A stretch of 64,000 bases of DNA, from positions 222,432-286,431 of the forward strand of contig NMRA01000167.1 in assembly GCA_002633005.1 (NCBI GenBank), in the 5' to 3' direction. Positions 51,291 to 64,000 of this stretch are shown here, one piece after another. How positions within the stretch are numbered: the first letter of the stretch is position 1; the number at the start of each line of letters is the position of its first letter. Below the pieces are notes generated by a model. That model was not told the origin of the DNA and did no database searches. It saw only the letters and a program-made list of their open reading frames with translations. The position numbers and the translations under genes were made by a program. The stretch comes from Phoronis australis (taxonomy: Eukaryota; Animalia; Phoronida).

Positions 51291-53411
51291 ATGTTGCTAC
51301 ACACTTTGTGTTTTTAACTGCATCCTTGTTCTGCCTACGTCCAACTTGGGGCTGTTCAGAGGTTCATCTAGGATTTCAAAAATAAGGCATCCAAAATGGG
51401 TTTCCCAATTTCTCGGTGTGTCCATGACGAATAAGCTTCGATTTATAACATTTTGGTGATCTAGTCATGTTGTTGTTAGAGGGTGCTATGCTACTATGAA
51501 AACATGGTTCTTTACTTAAGATTTTTTTGTAATCTGTTTCTGTTTCTGTGGTGATGTCAGAGGGTAGGCACAGGGATAGTCTCAGGCCCTCCTCCTTCCA
51601 GATCTCTCTAAATCAACCTCTTCTTTTAGATAGGCGAATAATACGAGCTGTTGTTAGCAAGTTAAATTACTCGCTTAAACTTTACTTGGTGTTCAAAAGC
51701 TGAATAGGGCGTCCTAGCTAGGGTCTCTAAATTTGAGTTGGGACGTTCATTTGGCCTTCCTGGACACCCTCTCCCAGTCATATTTGGATATATTGAGCCA
51801 TGTCTGAAAGCCTCTAAGCCATGGTGAAGAATCTTGAGCCATGTTTTAATATCTCGGGCATGTTCTGCCCCATATGATAATGAACACTGATTAGGTGGCG
51901 CTGGCAGTATGATTGTTTGAACGTCAAAAAAAGTTCAGCTTGATTTGGGACTCCTTAAGGGTAAGAAGTGGAGCCCTGTCAGACAGTGAACCTTGCTATG
52001 CTTGTTAGATGGCTGTATGATTGCATGAACGTCAAAAGCCAGACAGGGCAGCTTTATTTGGGATTACTGAATGTAAAAAAAAGAAAATCGATGACACAGT
52101 GAGCCCTGCTTTGCGAGTCAGCTGGTTGTATGATTGCATCAATGCCAAAATACAGCTTCAGCTTGGAATCGCTGTGTTTAACCAACACATAGATGAAGGT
52201 AACGAAGGCATAAGATAGACAAAATATGAAAAATAAAAGGCTGGGTGTGGTTGTAAAGTATTTAAATGTCCAAATGTTCAGTTGCGGGCTTTAAAACCAT
52301 TTACCTGTACAAAATGCTACTAATGTTGCCCAGACACAGTGTTGTACTTGTCAGTTATGTTATCTGTTGTCTTTACTTAATCCGATTACAAACTGCCTCC
52401 CATCAGAAAAAGCTTTTGATTTTCACCACTTAACATTGGGAAATTGGCCTCGGTTTGTTCCTTGGTCAAATCAGAGGTAATTTTTAGGGTTAGAAAGAAC
52501 TGGCGGCTCATAGGTGCCCGAGTTGAGGCTCTGTCTACAAGTTGTCTTGTCATGGCCGGTCATTTCATGTGGTCTCATGGTCAGTAACAAACTCATGTTT
52601 TTAAAGTCCACAAACCACTTCTTATCTAAGCTAGGAAGAAGATGGGATCAGTTTTACATTGGGATGTGATTATCAAAAGATAAGAGTTTTGGTATAAAGA
52701 TCCAAAAGGTTTCTTAAATTTTGATGTTTTTGAGTTTACTTCAGAAATCTCACCAATTTCGGATAGAAACAATTTCCAAAACTACCCTTCTTCATTTTTC
52801 TAGGGATTTTAAATTTTTTTTTAAATGTCCTATTTTTTAATATGTGGTGAAAACTACGTTGCAGAACTCCAACATAGAAGAGCATTAATAATTTGATGCT
52901 ACATATCATCTGAAAAAATGTGAAAAAAATTCACTCTTGTTTACTGCAGTACCAATTTAGGACACTATATGATGGCAGGTGAAATTTTGTTGGTTTTTTC
53001 CATAATTATTGATAAAATAAATGTGTTATTATTTTTATGAAGTTAATACCATAGGTATTACCAAACAGTGTTTTGTGGGTATTCACAACAGTGTCTAAGC
53101 CTTTGGAAAAGAGATTGATCTCGGCAATTAGTTCTGTCTGAAATTGGTGATGTTTTATTGTACGTACCGCAGTTGAATGGTAAATAAAAATGTCAGCAAA
53201 ACCTTTTTTCTGTGCTGATCAATCGGGACTGGAGCATCACAGTGCCGCAATTCTCCCCTCATTGTGTACAAGAATAATTGCCAAAGCTGTTGTTTTGTAA
53301 TTATTCAAACGCTGATTACTTAACTACAAATATTGGAAAATTTGCCAAAAAAATTATGACACCTGCACAATACAAACCACGCTAGTAATACACTAAGATT
53401 TTCGCAATTGT

Positions 53412-53610
53412 AGGCCGTATCGTGTGCTAGGGTTAGAGTCCCTCTGGACCACTCTGCTAGACTCTTGAGTCAGGTTTCTAGCAGTTTGATTTTAATAAAG
53501 TATATACTAATAAAGCATAAATATGGTTCTAGCTAGTGCAATGGGCCCACATGCGCGGCTTGCTCACATCTGGTACACCTTGTACCAGATTGCCTGCAAT
53601 TATTGTGTTA
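53412..53610 (+). mobile_element. tRNA-derived SINE, copy 3 (head eroded)
   Basis: ctcttgagtcaggtttctagc..taataaagcataaa..gtgcaatgggcccacatgcg..cctgcaattatt. Confidence 0.7.
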
Positions 53611-53673
53611 TTAATATTGGGTGTTAAATAAATATTCACCATAGTGTGTTGGAGGGATAATCCTGGGCCTCAG

Positions 53674-54069
53674 TGGCTGGTTGCATGAAACAGTCCCAAA
53701 TAGGTACTTGACTAAGTTCCCTAAATCTACTGTGTATTTGCAGGCTTGTGAAAACACTGATTGTCTTACCTTATGCTTACCTTATGTACCATTACTATGC
53801 CAGTTTTTGGCTTTGATACAAATCGAGAGTGAACTCTTGATTGAATTCTCAGTATTATTGAAAATAGGTAGGGATCTTTTCTTGCAACGCCCCCAATTTA
53901 AGGACAAAGTCCCTAACTATTAGAACATGCCATTAGTCAAAGAAGAGCTCATAATAATGATAAAATAAACAAAAATATAATATCTGTGCCTAAAGAACGA
54001 AACAAATACGAAAAAGATTTAGGGAACTTAGTTGAGTCCCTATTTGGGACTGCTTCATGCAACCGGCCA
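53674..54069. mobile_element. PIF/Harbinger-like MITE with about 55-bp TIRs and a CAG 3-bp TSD
   Basis: cag|tggctggttgcatgaaacagtcccaaatagg...cctatttgggactgcttcatgcaaccggcca|cag. Confidence 0.8.
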
Positions 54070-54104
54070 CAGAAACTTACTCACTAGGTTTGGTGACGAC
54101 AGTA

Positions 54105-54409
54105 CAGTAAAATTCTAGAGTTTGGCTCAGTCTCTAAAATTTGGGAAATGGAAATTGAATTTTCTGGATTCTGAAGATTGGGACATATTCAATTTTGATG
54201 TTACCTTATTTCTCAAATTTCGGTCTTCAATTGCGTAACATTTTCATTTTTCATTGACTGCAATTCTTGAATTTTGGACGGCCAATATTGCCCATTTCTA
54301 AAATTTTTACAAGTTAAGCCATAGCATAAATTTCAAGAGAATTCAATTTTTGCTTGAATTTACATGTCCCAAATTTTAGAGGCTGACCCAAGCTAGAGAA
54401 TCTTTACCG
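54105..54409. mobile_element. TA-target (Tc1/mariner-type) MITE
   Basis: ta|cagtaaaattct...tcagtctctaaaatttggga mirrored by tcccaaattttagaggctga...agaatctttaccg|ta. Confidence 0.7.
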
Positions 54410-55185
54410 TAGTCGGGATATCTAGTCCCCAATCCAAAGATAGGTTACCAGCATGCTGTTCGAGACTCAAAAGTCCTGTTTTGCTTGGGGACAGCTGAGA
54501 AACTTGTTGCCAAACATCGATCAAAAATCATTTGTCACCAGCTATTGAGCTGTTCTTTGAGTAAAAGTGAGAAATCCTTTCTTACGAAAAAAATGTGCTT
54601 TTGCACACCGAGAGATTCTGTGCAACGTAGACGATTGGTCGACCATGACCTTTGCATCATACACTTGTCTAAATTCTGAAACCTTTTTAATTCACACCGT
54701 GTCTTGAGTGCGAGCGTAGTGTATATGAGGATACTCTGACCTAGTTTGAGTGATGCAGTTTGGAAAAGTTGCACGTTCTTCTCTCCAATGCTGATGCTGC
54801 CAGGCGACATGAGTTCAGGATGCGCCAAGTCATTGCCAATTCCGCAGCAAGCACTGTAGCTATTTCTACCAACTGACGGTATTTTGGATGATTGTGAGCT
54901 ATGCACTCAGAAATTTTAAGACAATTTTGGCAATATTTTTTCAGGAATTATTGAGATTTTACACTAATTCAAAACTTTTGATGATACTGTACATGCCAAA
55001 AGTAATTCTGAGAAAGTAAAATAACTCGGACTTACCCATCATATATGACCAATGACTAGCAGTAGATTACCAGGTTACCAAACTAAGCAGGGAGAGTGGA
55101 CAAAGTCGCCCTCTTGTGGCATATTCTCACACATAACGACTTGTTCCTTCTGTGGAAAACTACAGTGTATTGTCTTGCAAACCTC

Positions 55186-55416
55186 AGGCGGACACTCGCT
55201 GTGTAGTAGCAGGCGAGTGCCATGAGGATAAAGGCGGACACTCGCTGTGCAGTAGCAGGCTAGCCCCATGACGACAAAGATGGACACTCGCTGTACAGTA
55301 GCAGGCTAGCACCATGACGACAAAGGCGGAACTCCCTGTGCAGTAGCAGACTAGCGCCGTGACGACAAAGCCGGACACTCGCTGTGCAGTAGCAGGCTAG
55401 CACCATTACGACAAAG
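55186..55416. repeat. 46-bp GC-rich minisatellite, 5 copies
   Basis: Unit aggcggacactcgctgtgcagtagcaggctagcaccatgacgacaa; no unique spacers. Confidence 0.9.
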
Positions 55417-57857
55417 GAAGTGGGACAAAATTCAGCTTGTTTTTCATCTTGCAAAATACCGGTTTGTAAGCTGACGCGGTGAAATCGCTATTCCGTAATT
55501 GAAATTTTGCCGAAATGCCATCATGACCTTCTCTTTTTGCCGAAGGATGGGCAACACAATAGCCATCACAACGATAATTTCTCTGCTCCCTGTAATTAAC
55601 TGACACAGGAAGTGCAACTGGCAGGGGTTGCTTATCAGCAGTGGATGTATGGTCATTGAACACGATTCACACAACTCTAGTGGAGGCTTTAAGTGTCTGG
55701 CACACATTTCTTGTTGGTTTGGAGATCAAAAGGTAGTACTCTGTTCTGTTTACACCAAAATGATTTTGACTTTTAAACCCAGCTTGATGGTTGAAAACCT
55801 TGGTTTAAAAAGTTTAAAACTGGTTGTAAAAGAAGCACAGTTATGGTGAAAATTCTTCAGTTTGGAACACAATATGGCGGGCTGGTGGAAGTTCATCTTG
55901 TCAAATTTCTCAACAAGAATAGCTTCAGGAAAATATATCTATCGCACCCTCAGAGAAGGTGGTTTAGTGACCAGTTGTAACCTTGTGTGTACATGAAGGG
56001 AATTCATACACTGACCTCTATTGGCTAAAATCAGGATTTTAACAGATTTGTGACATTCAGTGTGAACCTGTGGTAATTGAACAAAAATTGTTACTGAGGA
56101 AAAGTTATAATCTCGTTTGGTTGGTACTTGTATTGAATATAACCTAAAAAGTTACACATCTAGTTATTAAAGAGTTCTTTTGTTCTTCCTGAAGATGAGT
56201 CATTGTTCTATTAATTTCTGTTTGCATTGTTCGTGTGTAAGAATTGTTTGTGAGCATGACTCAAGGCTGCTGTGCTTACTGAAGTGCCTTGATAATCTTC
56301 TTCATTGTTCATGTTGTTACAGGCATGTCCATTGATGAGTTGTATTCTTGTCATGGAGGATTTGGTACATGGGAGATAATTCTTCTTGATTAGTAAACGT
56401 TAGTTGCATTATTTATCCGATTACACGACTTGCTTTGGTACTCTGGAGTTCCGAACAGTTGTAGAGACAGCAATAATAGTATAGACTGGAAATTTTCAAG
56501 ATTTCTAATAATAGTAGAGACTAATACATTTTTGCCACTAGAAGAGTAGAATGATAGTATAGACCAGAAATTTGCGAAAAAATTAATAATAGTTTAGAAT
56601 GGAATCAATGGTATGTGTGTCAGATTTGTGGAACTTTAGAAATAGTATAGACTGGAATAATATTTGCGTAAAATGTAAAATGTTCACGACGAAAGCAAAC
56701 TGGCATGGCTCGTGCATGACTCAGCTGACAAGTCTTACAACTTAAACTTTTCATTGGGCAATGAGGTACATACATACGATGCATTTGTTGCTACTAATGA
56801 CAATACATACTTGGGAGTCTGATTATTTAAGCTTTGAAATGTACAGTTGTATACTTAACAAATATAATCTTTTTCATGTGCATGTTATTACAAGCGACTT
56901 CCATGTGTACTGTGGAATCGTATATAATCTTTAAAATTGCTAATTTGTTAGGAGTGTCTCGTTGTCTAGTGGTTAGGTCTGTTAGTTCTCACTCAGGCTA
57001 CCAGGAACCTTCGGAACTCGGTGTCCAAAAATTTTTGAGTAACAAAATTGCGTTCAGGAAATGAGTAAGAAACAGCCAACTTCGAATTTCATCATGATCA
57101 AATAATTGTGGAGGAGTGGAAAAACCATATGTAATTAATAAATATAGAGACCCAAATAAGCTTCATATAGACCGGAAAAAGAGTCTGAAATAAAGTATCG
57201 TATATAGATTATGGCTATTCGGAACTCGAGAGTAGATAATGAATATTCAGCAGTAACTTCCTGAAGGTGATAGCCACTTAAGGGGGTCTGGATTTTTAGA
57301 ACCAGTCTGATGCCCATAACACTGATAACTTTAGTTGTGTTAGGTAGATCTTTGAAAATTTATTGAATTAAGTCTGATCTGCACGCCACCTGTTGGCCAA
57401 ATCATGTGACTTATGAACATATATGCTACTTCGAAATGAAATTCCTTAAAATTGAGGGGGGGGNGGCTTCTCTGCGGTTGTGTTCATCCGGGGCTCATAC
57501 AGGATTTCAATGATAGGTCGTCCAAAAAGGTTTTCTTAATTTCTCAGGACGTCCATGACCAACAACCAACAATGCATAACTCCATGTCATCTTGCTGCAG
57601 TGGTGTGTGTTACTGTGGAGACATGTGTCTGCAGTAAAGTTTATGGTATCTTGCATCTTGCATCATGTATTAATGGCAACTCTCTTATTCTGGACACTAT
57701 AGTGGACAGGGCACTGAGCTGCCATGACTCTTGTTGGCTACATACTAGTAGTTCAAAGAGACATTTGCTTACTAACATGCTTACTTTACATAGGTGTACA
57801 AACACACGGTTCAGCTGCTGAATATGGCATCTTGGTGGCACCCAAAATGGAGTTCTG

Positions 57858-58102
57858 GAGCCCGTTCCAACAAAACTGACTTAGCTAAGACAAATCTTAA
57901 ATTTTAGTAAATTTTAAAATAAAAGTTAAATTTGTCTCAAAACCAATTCAAGAGTTTTTATGTTTGACTTAAGTGTTTGACATAAATTTTGTTGTGATTT
58001 TGAATAGCTTACCGAAAGTGGAAGTTTCAAAGTTTGGAAGTTAAGACAAGTCTTTAAACTTAAGTCAGAAATTAACTGAAGTCAGTTTCTTGGAACAGGC
58101 CC
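57858..58102. mobile_element. PIF/Harbinger-like MITE with a CTG TSD; related copy at about 11583-11770
   Basis: ctg|gagcccgttccaacaaaactgac ... gtcagtttcttggaacaggccc|ctg; interior rich in cttaag. Confidence 0.7.
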
Positions 58103-61100
58103 CTGGTGCTGGACTGAAGACCAGTCTATGCAGTTACTTGGGTTGCTATTTACATTAGAAAATTTGTAGGGAGATTTTGAATTCTTAACCAAATTGCTGT
58201 TATTCACACTCGACTGAGCTGGCAACACAATTACAGGTAATGCCAACGACACCATTTTGGAAATGACTGGTTTCTGGTTGGGAAAACTCAATGAACTATG
58301 AAGGTTGTTTACTGAGTCCCTGATGGTTTGGATATTCTTGTTGGTAAGGGTCCTACTGTGGTAAGGAACATTGTAAGATGGATTGGCCTCAAGCTGGACT
58401 GGCCTCAAGCTATATTTCGCCCAGGTTAGCTGGCTGAAGAAGCAAAAATGGCTTCGGGCCTTTTACTCAAGATTTGTTAAATAGGTCTCTGTTATATGAT
58501 GGAATATATTTCTGTTACCAACTTCGGCAACTTATTAAGATAGTTAATCGGGGATGGTCAATCCTGAAATTGAGAATTTGAGAATGGCCAATATAAGCAT
58601 GACGGGTAATTTCGTGTCGTTTCGTTGCGTTATTTTCGGCCCGTGCACTTTACTCTGGTGTTTCTGGCTTTTTCAACAAAAGATCTGGTCATTGGTTGGA
58701 AAATTGATATTCAAGAACTGATGAGATATGTGAAATCTGATCTGTAAGTTGGTTGAGTCGATGCAATTTCATTGTTGCCTCTCTTTATGTCAAAGGTTTA
58801 ACTACATCTTCTCTCTGAGTGCATGTACCTGATATCACCAACTTGTGCTAATTGAGTGTGTAAATTATCGTCATTTCTAATATCAAACTTCCTGCTGTAA
58901 TCAATATTTGGACGCTATGACTTTCCACTCTGCTTCCTGTATTCGAGGATGTAGGTTTGATGTTGCTTTTTGCGTTGGAGGAAGCTGTATATGTTACGGA
59001 TTGAAAATAATTGGAATTGGACAAAATGAGCAGGAACTCGCCATCATAACACAAGTGAAATTCACAGTCTTGACTAGTAATTCCCCATCCTGACGGAAAA
59101 ACAGAATTTTTCCCTATTTATTGCTTCACTATTCTGTTGTCTGATACTAGAAGACATCTACGAACACAGACTGCCATTGGATTTCTTTGTCAACTACGGT
59201 ATGTGTTTTGGTGAACTCTGAACTTAGTAGGAGGAGATTTTGAACATTTGTTAGTTTTTATGGTATTTTGCTGAACATAGGGGGCAGACTGATGTGTGAA
59301 AAGCGAAGGTTTCAGTACAGCTGATGGTGAAATTTAACAAATTTTTTCTGAGTACTTACCGGTAAGTAGATGTGAGACACTGGAAATTGTCTAAGTTTGG
59401 TGAAAAGGATGTTATCGTTTTTTACAGCTGAAAAACTCATTTAATGGGATTATTTTTGGACGGAATAGATTTTTTGAACTTAAAGCTTCGACCAGTTGTT
59501 TTTTCTGATTTTAATGTTATCAATTCTCGGCAGACATTGACTGAAGTTAAAACTGGTGACTTAACCAACTAAACGCTAGTCAAATAAATTACTCTGCCAT
59601 CTAGTGGTCAGGTATAGCTGTGCCAACGCATCAGTAAGCTATGGGTTTGATTTTGCGCCAACGCTGATCTCAGAAAATCACTTTTATTGCCAATAATGTC
59701 ACTTTAAACTTTGAAATGTTCCTCAGAAATGGCTAGCTGGGAATCAAATTCATCTTTTGTCCAGAGTGCTGCAATAGGGACTTTATTGTAAACGATTCTC
59801 ATGAAAAAGTTTAAATTTATGTAATACAAAAGAATGATGATTTAGAATACTTTGACAGCAGTCTTGAAATTAAATTATGAGCATTGGCTCTTGGTTTGCT
59901 GCTGTTGATCGTTCTTTTTGCTAAATTTTACCAAAAAGATAGAGTCATGTGACCCAATTAACGGGTCTGCAGACTTTCTAATATCCATTTTAACTGACTT
60001 ACGGTAGTTTTGTAGATGTTTGGCTGAGTACACCGAGTTGTCTCAAGCTTTGCATAACCCTAAGCTTGAGGTATTACAAAAGTGGTACTTTAACGCCTTT
60101 ATGAAAAAATCAAAATTTCGGGGAAGCAAAAAATTTTGTATTTTTTTATTGGTGTATGCATCCTCGGATTTCTATTTTCTTCTTTACACAAATGGTCATG
60201 TGACCTAGATTTTGAGCTAGAAATTTAATTCTGAACACTTCCTACTTCCAGAAAATTTATAGCTTTAATCCTTTAAATTGTATCTGTAGGACATTTGAAT
60301 GCATTTAACACACATCTGCTGATGAGGTTACTCAGTTAATTGTCTAGGTATTTATTCAGGTTACCTTGACGATATCATGTACTTTGATTTTATGGCTTTC
60401 AATTATATGGGAGTGTATCTGCATGTGGTTCTGAGTGACTGAATGACTGTGGGAGTGATGGTGTGCAAGTACTTCATTGAACGAAATAGTACATTGTTTA
60501 TACCTTCTCTGGTTATTACTAATGTAATTTAGTGCACAAATTGCTGGACATTTCTGGGAAATTTTCACAAAATACTCAGGAAAGAATTGGTTCGTGAAAT
60601 TTTGTTTGCTGCACACAGCACAACGCAAAATATGAAAATTTGATACACTGCGGTAAAATAGATAAACGCCGTTGTTGGCAATTAGGTCCACGTGTCCTGA
60701 ACTGAAAATTTTGAACAATTTTTCTTACTTTCTGCTTGATTTTTCCCTTTGCTTTTCTGTTTTGTGCATGCACTTGGGCAGTCTTATATTGGGACAAACA
60801 TAATTCCTAGAATTAATGTTTCCTCATTACACGGTCTCAGCATTTTGCTATTGTAATTGCAGACTTTAGATATCTTAAATATTGTGTTCATCGAGAAATT
60901 TTGATGTTTAAATTTAAAAATTTCATTTGAGCATCAGCTCAAACGAACAAAAACTTCGCCAACATTTGGCTTGTGACTCTCTAGCTTTGTGAGAGAAGAA
61001 AGCCTCTTTCACTTGACCCAGTTTCAACTTGTGGCGAGCAAGATGGACTGAATTTACATTAAGCTGAAACGTTATTTCTTTCATTCACAGACATTTTGGT

Positions 61101-61579
61101 ACTGGACAATTCATTTCAATTTCCTTTAGTAAGTGGTAATTTGGTGACATGATAGCAATTAAGAATTTCAAAAAGGTTGAAAAAATCTCACTACCTTAAA
61201 TCTTACAGTAGTGAACTGTAGATGGCACTTGACATTGTCCTCCAAGAAGCCTATCACAGTGAAGCATAATTTCTTTAGGATGCCACCATACATGCTACCA
61301 TATTGAAAAATGAATATCGCTTATATGGATCAGGTCAAATGTCACCAATTTCTGTCAACGATAATTGCCAAAAATGATCATTTTTCGTTCTTCAAAAACT
61401 TCTAAGGTGAATGCCGACATTTTTTTCAAACCTTTGTTTCATGTAGAACAAAACGTGAACCTAGAATTTGTACATGTTCCTTGGAAAAATAATCAATAAT
61501 GAATTTTACTTGTCGGCCATATTGTGTCCTTTATTGATCAGATTTTACTGTCATGTGACCGTTGCTTTTGGTATTGCAG

Positions 61580-61723
61580 GCCATCCATGCATTTCTGCGG
61601 CGGGTCAACCTGAGCCGTGGAGACACAAAACTTCCTCCGGTGTCTTCATCGAAGGCAGTCAGGTTTTTAATGGCCAGAAAGTTTGATATAGATAGAGCCT
61701 GTGAACTCTTGGAAAACCACGAG
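61580..61723 (+). CDS. PTPN9: PTPN9 exon 2 (CRAL-TRIO/Sec14 N-terminal region); gene continues beyond the window
   Basis: AIHAFLRRVN...AVRFLMARKFDIDRACELLENHE matches the PTPN9 AVKFLMARKFD..RA.EL motif; ttgcag acceptor and GAG|gtgagt donor. Confidence 0.9.
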
Positions 61724-62346
61724 GTGAGTCGCCATTTAGACTGTTTCAAAGATGCCTAACCATGTTTGCCCTGTTGTGGTCTTGCGTTTATAGAGCTTGG
61801 AGGAATACTTATTTGTTCTGAAACTGTGAGTTACGATGAGAGCATTTTCCACTTGGAGAAATGTCTGTCTTGAACATGTGCATTCACAGCACCTTACGTA
61901 TTTTTGGAGCCTCGAATTATCAATGGAAAGGGCGTGTGTGTTCAAACATCAATCATGAATTCAAAGGTATTTAGTCAACAGATGGCAGTCAGCTTAGCAT
62001 GTTTCAAAACTGGTGTAGTTGACCTCATTCTCAATCCTTAAGTGCTGTCTACACACAGACTTACCTTAGAACAAGTTACTCCTTGATTGAGTTGTCATTA
62101 CGTTTGAGTGCTGTCTGGACGCTGTTTAGAACTAGCGCAACTTACCCCACTTGTGACAACTAAACTCCACATTATCGAGGTGTGGTAGCTTGTTCTAGGG
62201 TAACTTGCGCCACTTGTAATTGCTGTGTGACGGCAAAAGTGGGGTAGGGGTCGTAGGGCGGATGTAAATTTCAGCTGCGATTACATATAGACCGGTTTTC
62301 TCTTGCGCACCATATTCGCGACAACCATTGCCTTATCCTAGTTATC

Positions 62347-62390
62347 GTGTGTGTGTGTGTGCGCACGCGCACGCGTGCGTGTGTATGTCG

Positions 62391-62466
<76 letters not shown>
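62347..62466. repeat. (GT)n microsatellite with an alternating GC/AC interruption
   Basis: Seen directly. Confidence 0.95.
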
Positions 62467-62468
<2 letters not shown>

Positions 62469-64000
62469 GTGTGTTAATGGGACTTAAGTCTGCCTTCAAA
62501 TGTGTTGTTTTGAGTAAAGTTGGAATGTGTGAACATTTACGGATATTCATAAGCTTTAATTTTGTTGAGTCAGGCTTGACTTCCTCATCGCGATGAGTGT
62601 GCAATCTTAAACACTTGTTGTTGTTCACTTTTTCATTTTATGTAGAGGAATACATAGTTTTGTTATTTATTCTGTGTACAACGGCTCTATACATCCTATA
62701 TTCAGACATGAAGAATCTGTGGAATATGGCGTATGTCAGTGCTTTGCATTTACCAGTCCAACTTAGTACCCATGAGGGTTGACTATATAGAGCCTCTGTC
62801 GTTACCAGGTGACACCAGCAGAGTATGAAAGGTATTGAACAATGTCAAGGTGACCATTCTGTTGGGAGGGCCAGCTGTTGTTGCTAAGTTACTTGACATG
62901 GCTTTCAAGACAAACCACAGTCAGTAGATATTGATATCCTCTAGTCCCTGCTAATGCCAATGTTTACCTCACTTATTTTCAGTAATTAACGCAGGGAGTG
63001 GCCTCTGGGGTCTGTTATCATAAAAAGTGACTTACAACAGAAATTTTGTCTCATGCTCCACACAACTATATCGAAAAAATGATTAAATCTCACTAGCGCA
63101 GAAGTCCAGAGTCTCTGAGAATATGCACGTAACTTCCAAATACTTAGATGATTACTTTAGATTATTTTTGGACTATGACACGTTCATAGTGACTTGCCTG
63201 AACCTTGTTGAGCAGTTGTGGAGTGGGATCATCATTTTCATGAGACAGACCCCTGTTCTGATTGTAACCCGTGCGTTTGTGCGTGCGTGTATGTGTCAAT
63301 GACGTCATGCTCACAGGCTCATACACTGAAGAAATGAGGCCATAGTCTGGCCAATTGTCGTCATGTAAAAGAGCAAGAAAAGAACATCGTTGGGTAGTAT
63401 TTATTTTGTTTCCACGTGTGTCAGTTGCTTTGTAATCCAAAAATTTTTCACAATCCAAGTATTTTATTCTGAAACCATCCAGACACGATTATTGGGTTCT
63501 CATGGTCGTATGTAAAGTTTGAAAATGTTTCCCTTCGACGAGAAAATGCTCATTGGTTTTTTCTTGTTTGAGGAATTCCGTGGCTCCCAAAAAAGCTATC
63601 CTTACCATTAACGCTGTATGTGTGACCTCTGGCAGGTTTCAGTCACCACTGCATTCCGCTTACCATTTGGCTGGTCCGGTTCTGTTGTGAACATCCTTAC
63701 AGGCTGACCCCCGCCGGCATTGTCGGCGTACTTTGCCTAGCGATCAGTTGCAACAAACCGTCTAGCTCTTGCCTTTCTGTTGTGTCATTTCTGTTCTTGC
63801 GGTCTTGAAGTCATGGGCAGTGACTTTCGATTCATTGTGACTAAGTTCTATTGAGATCTATGAAGTGTTATTTTTTAGCAGGTCTGTACTTGACATCATA
63901 AGTGGAAAGCGCTATTCATTCAGTATAAAGCATTCTATTTAGGCCACTTGAATTGGATGAGAAGGTAAACAGTTTCCAGTTTGTTATTTTGTAAGGCGTG

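Noticed and set aside
55186-55416. CRISPR-like regular repeat
   Set aside because: Units are contiguous with no unique spacers, there are no cas genes and the context is eukaryotic.
56955-57025. tRNA gene at tctcgttgtctagtggttagg
   Set aside because: A-box-like start only; no intact B-box or cloverleaf, so at most an old SINE fragment.
43041-61579. Nested protein-coding gene in the 18.5-kb PTPN9 intron
   Set aside because: ORFs are at most about 125 aa, often overlap repeats and have no recognisable domains.
62338-62628. His/Thr- and Cys/Val-repeat ORFs
   Set aside because: They are translations of a (GT)n microsatellite.

Overview
AT-rich, repeat-rich, intron-containing genomic DNA from an invertebrate animal. 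It is probably a protostome, because the MRPL24 N-terminus has the invertebrate-type NRPWT segment; the taxon cannot be fixed from the sequence. I rebuilt four protein-coding genes by hand from splice sites and codon phase. (1) The first coding exon of mitochondrial ribosomal protein L24 (minus strand, 2904-3167; the rest is probably left of the window). (2) An unassigned C2H2 zinc-finger/AT-hook transcription factor (plus strand, 15070-15952 + 21178-22100, about 601 aa), with an in-frame uORF and a probable in-frame exitron. (3) A complete dolichol kinase (minus strand, 11-12 coding exons, about 535 aa). (4) The first two exons of PTPN9/PTP-MEG2 (plus strand, 43008-43040 and 61580-61723), head-to-head with DOLK across about 0.6 kb. 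The non-coding DNA holds a Kolobok-like element with a transposase remnant, a Tc2/pogo-like element with nested insertions, PIF/Harbinger-like and TA-target MITEs, a tRNA-derived SINE family, long hairpins, satellites and two N-flanked haplotype duplications that are assembly artefacts. No prokaryotic systems, CRISPR arrays, rRNA or intact tRNA are supported. I found no clearly new multi-gene system; the best leads are the regulatory architecture of the zinc-finger gene and the transposon and hairpin elements.
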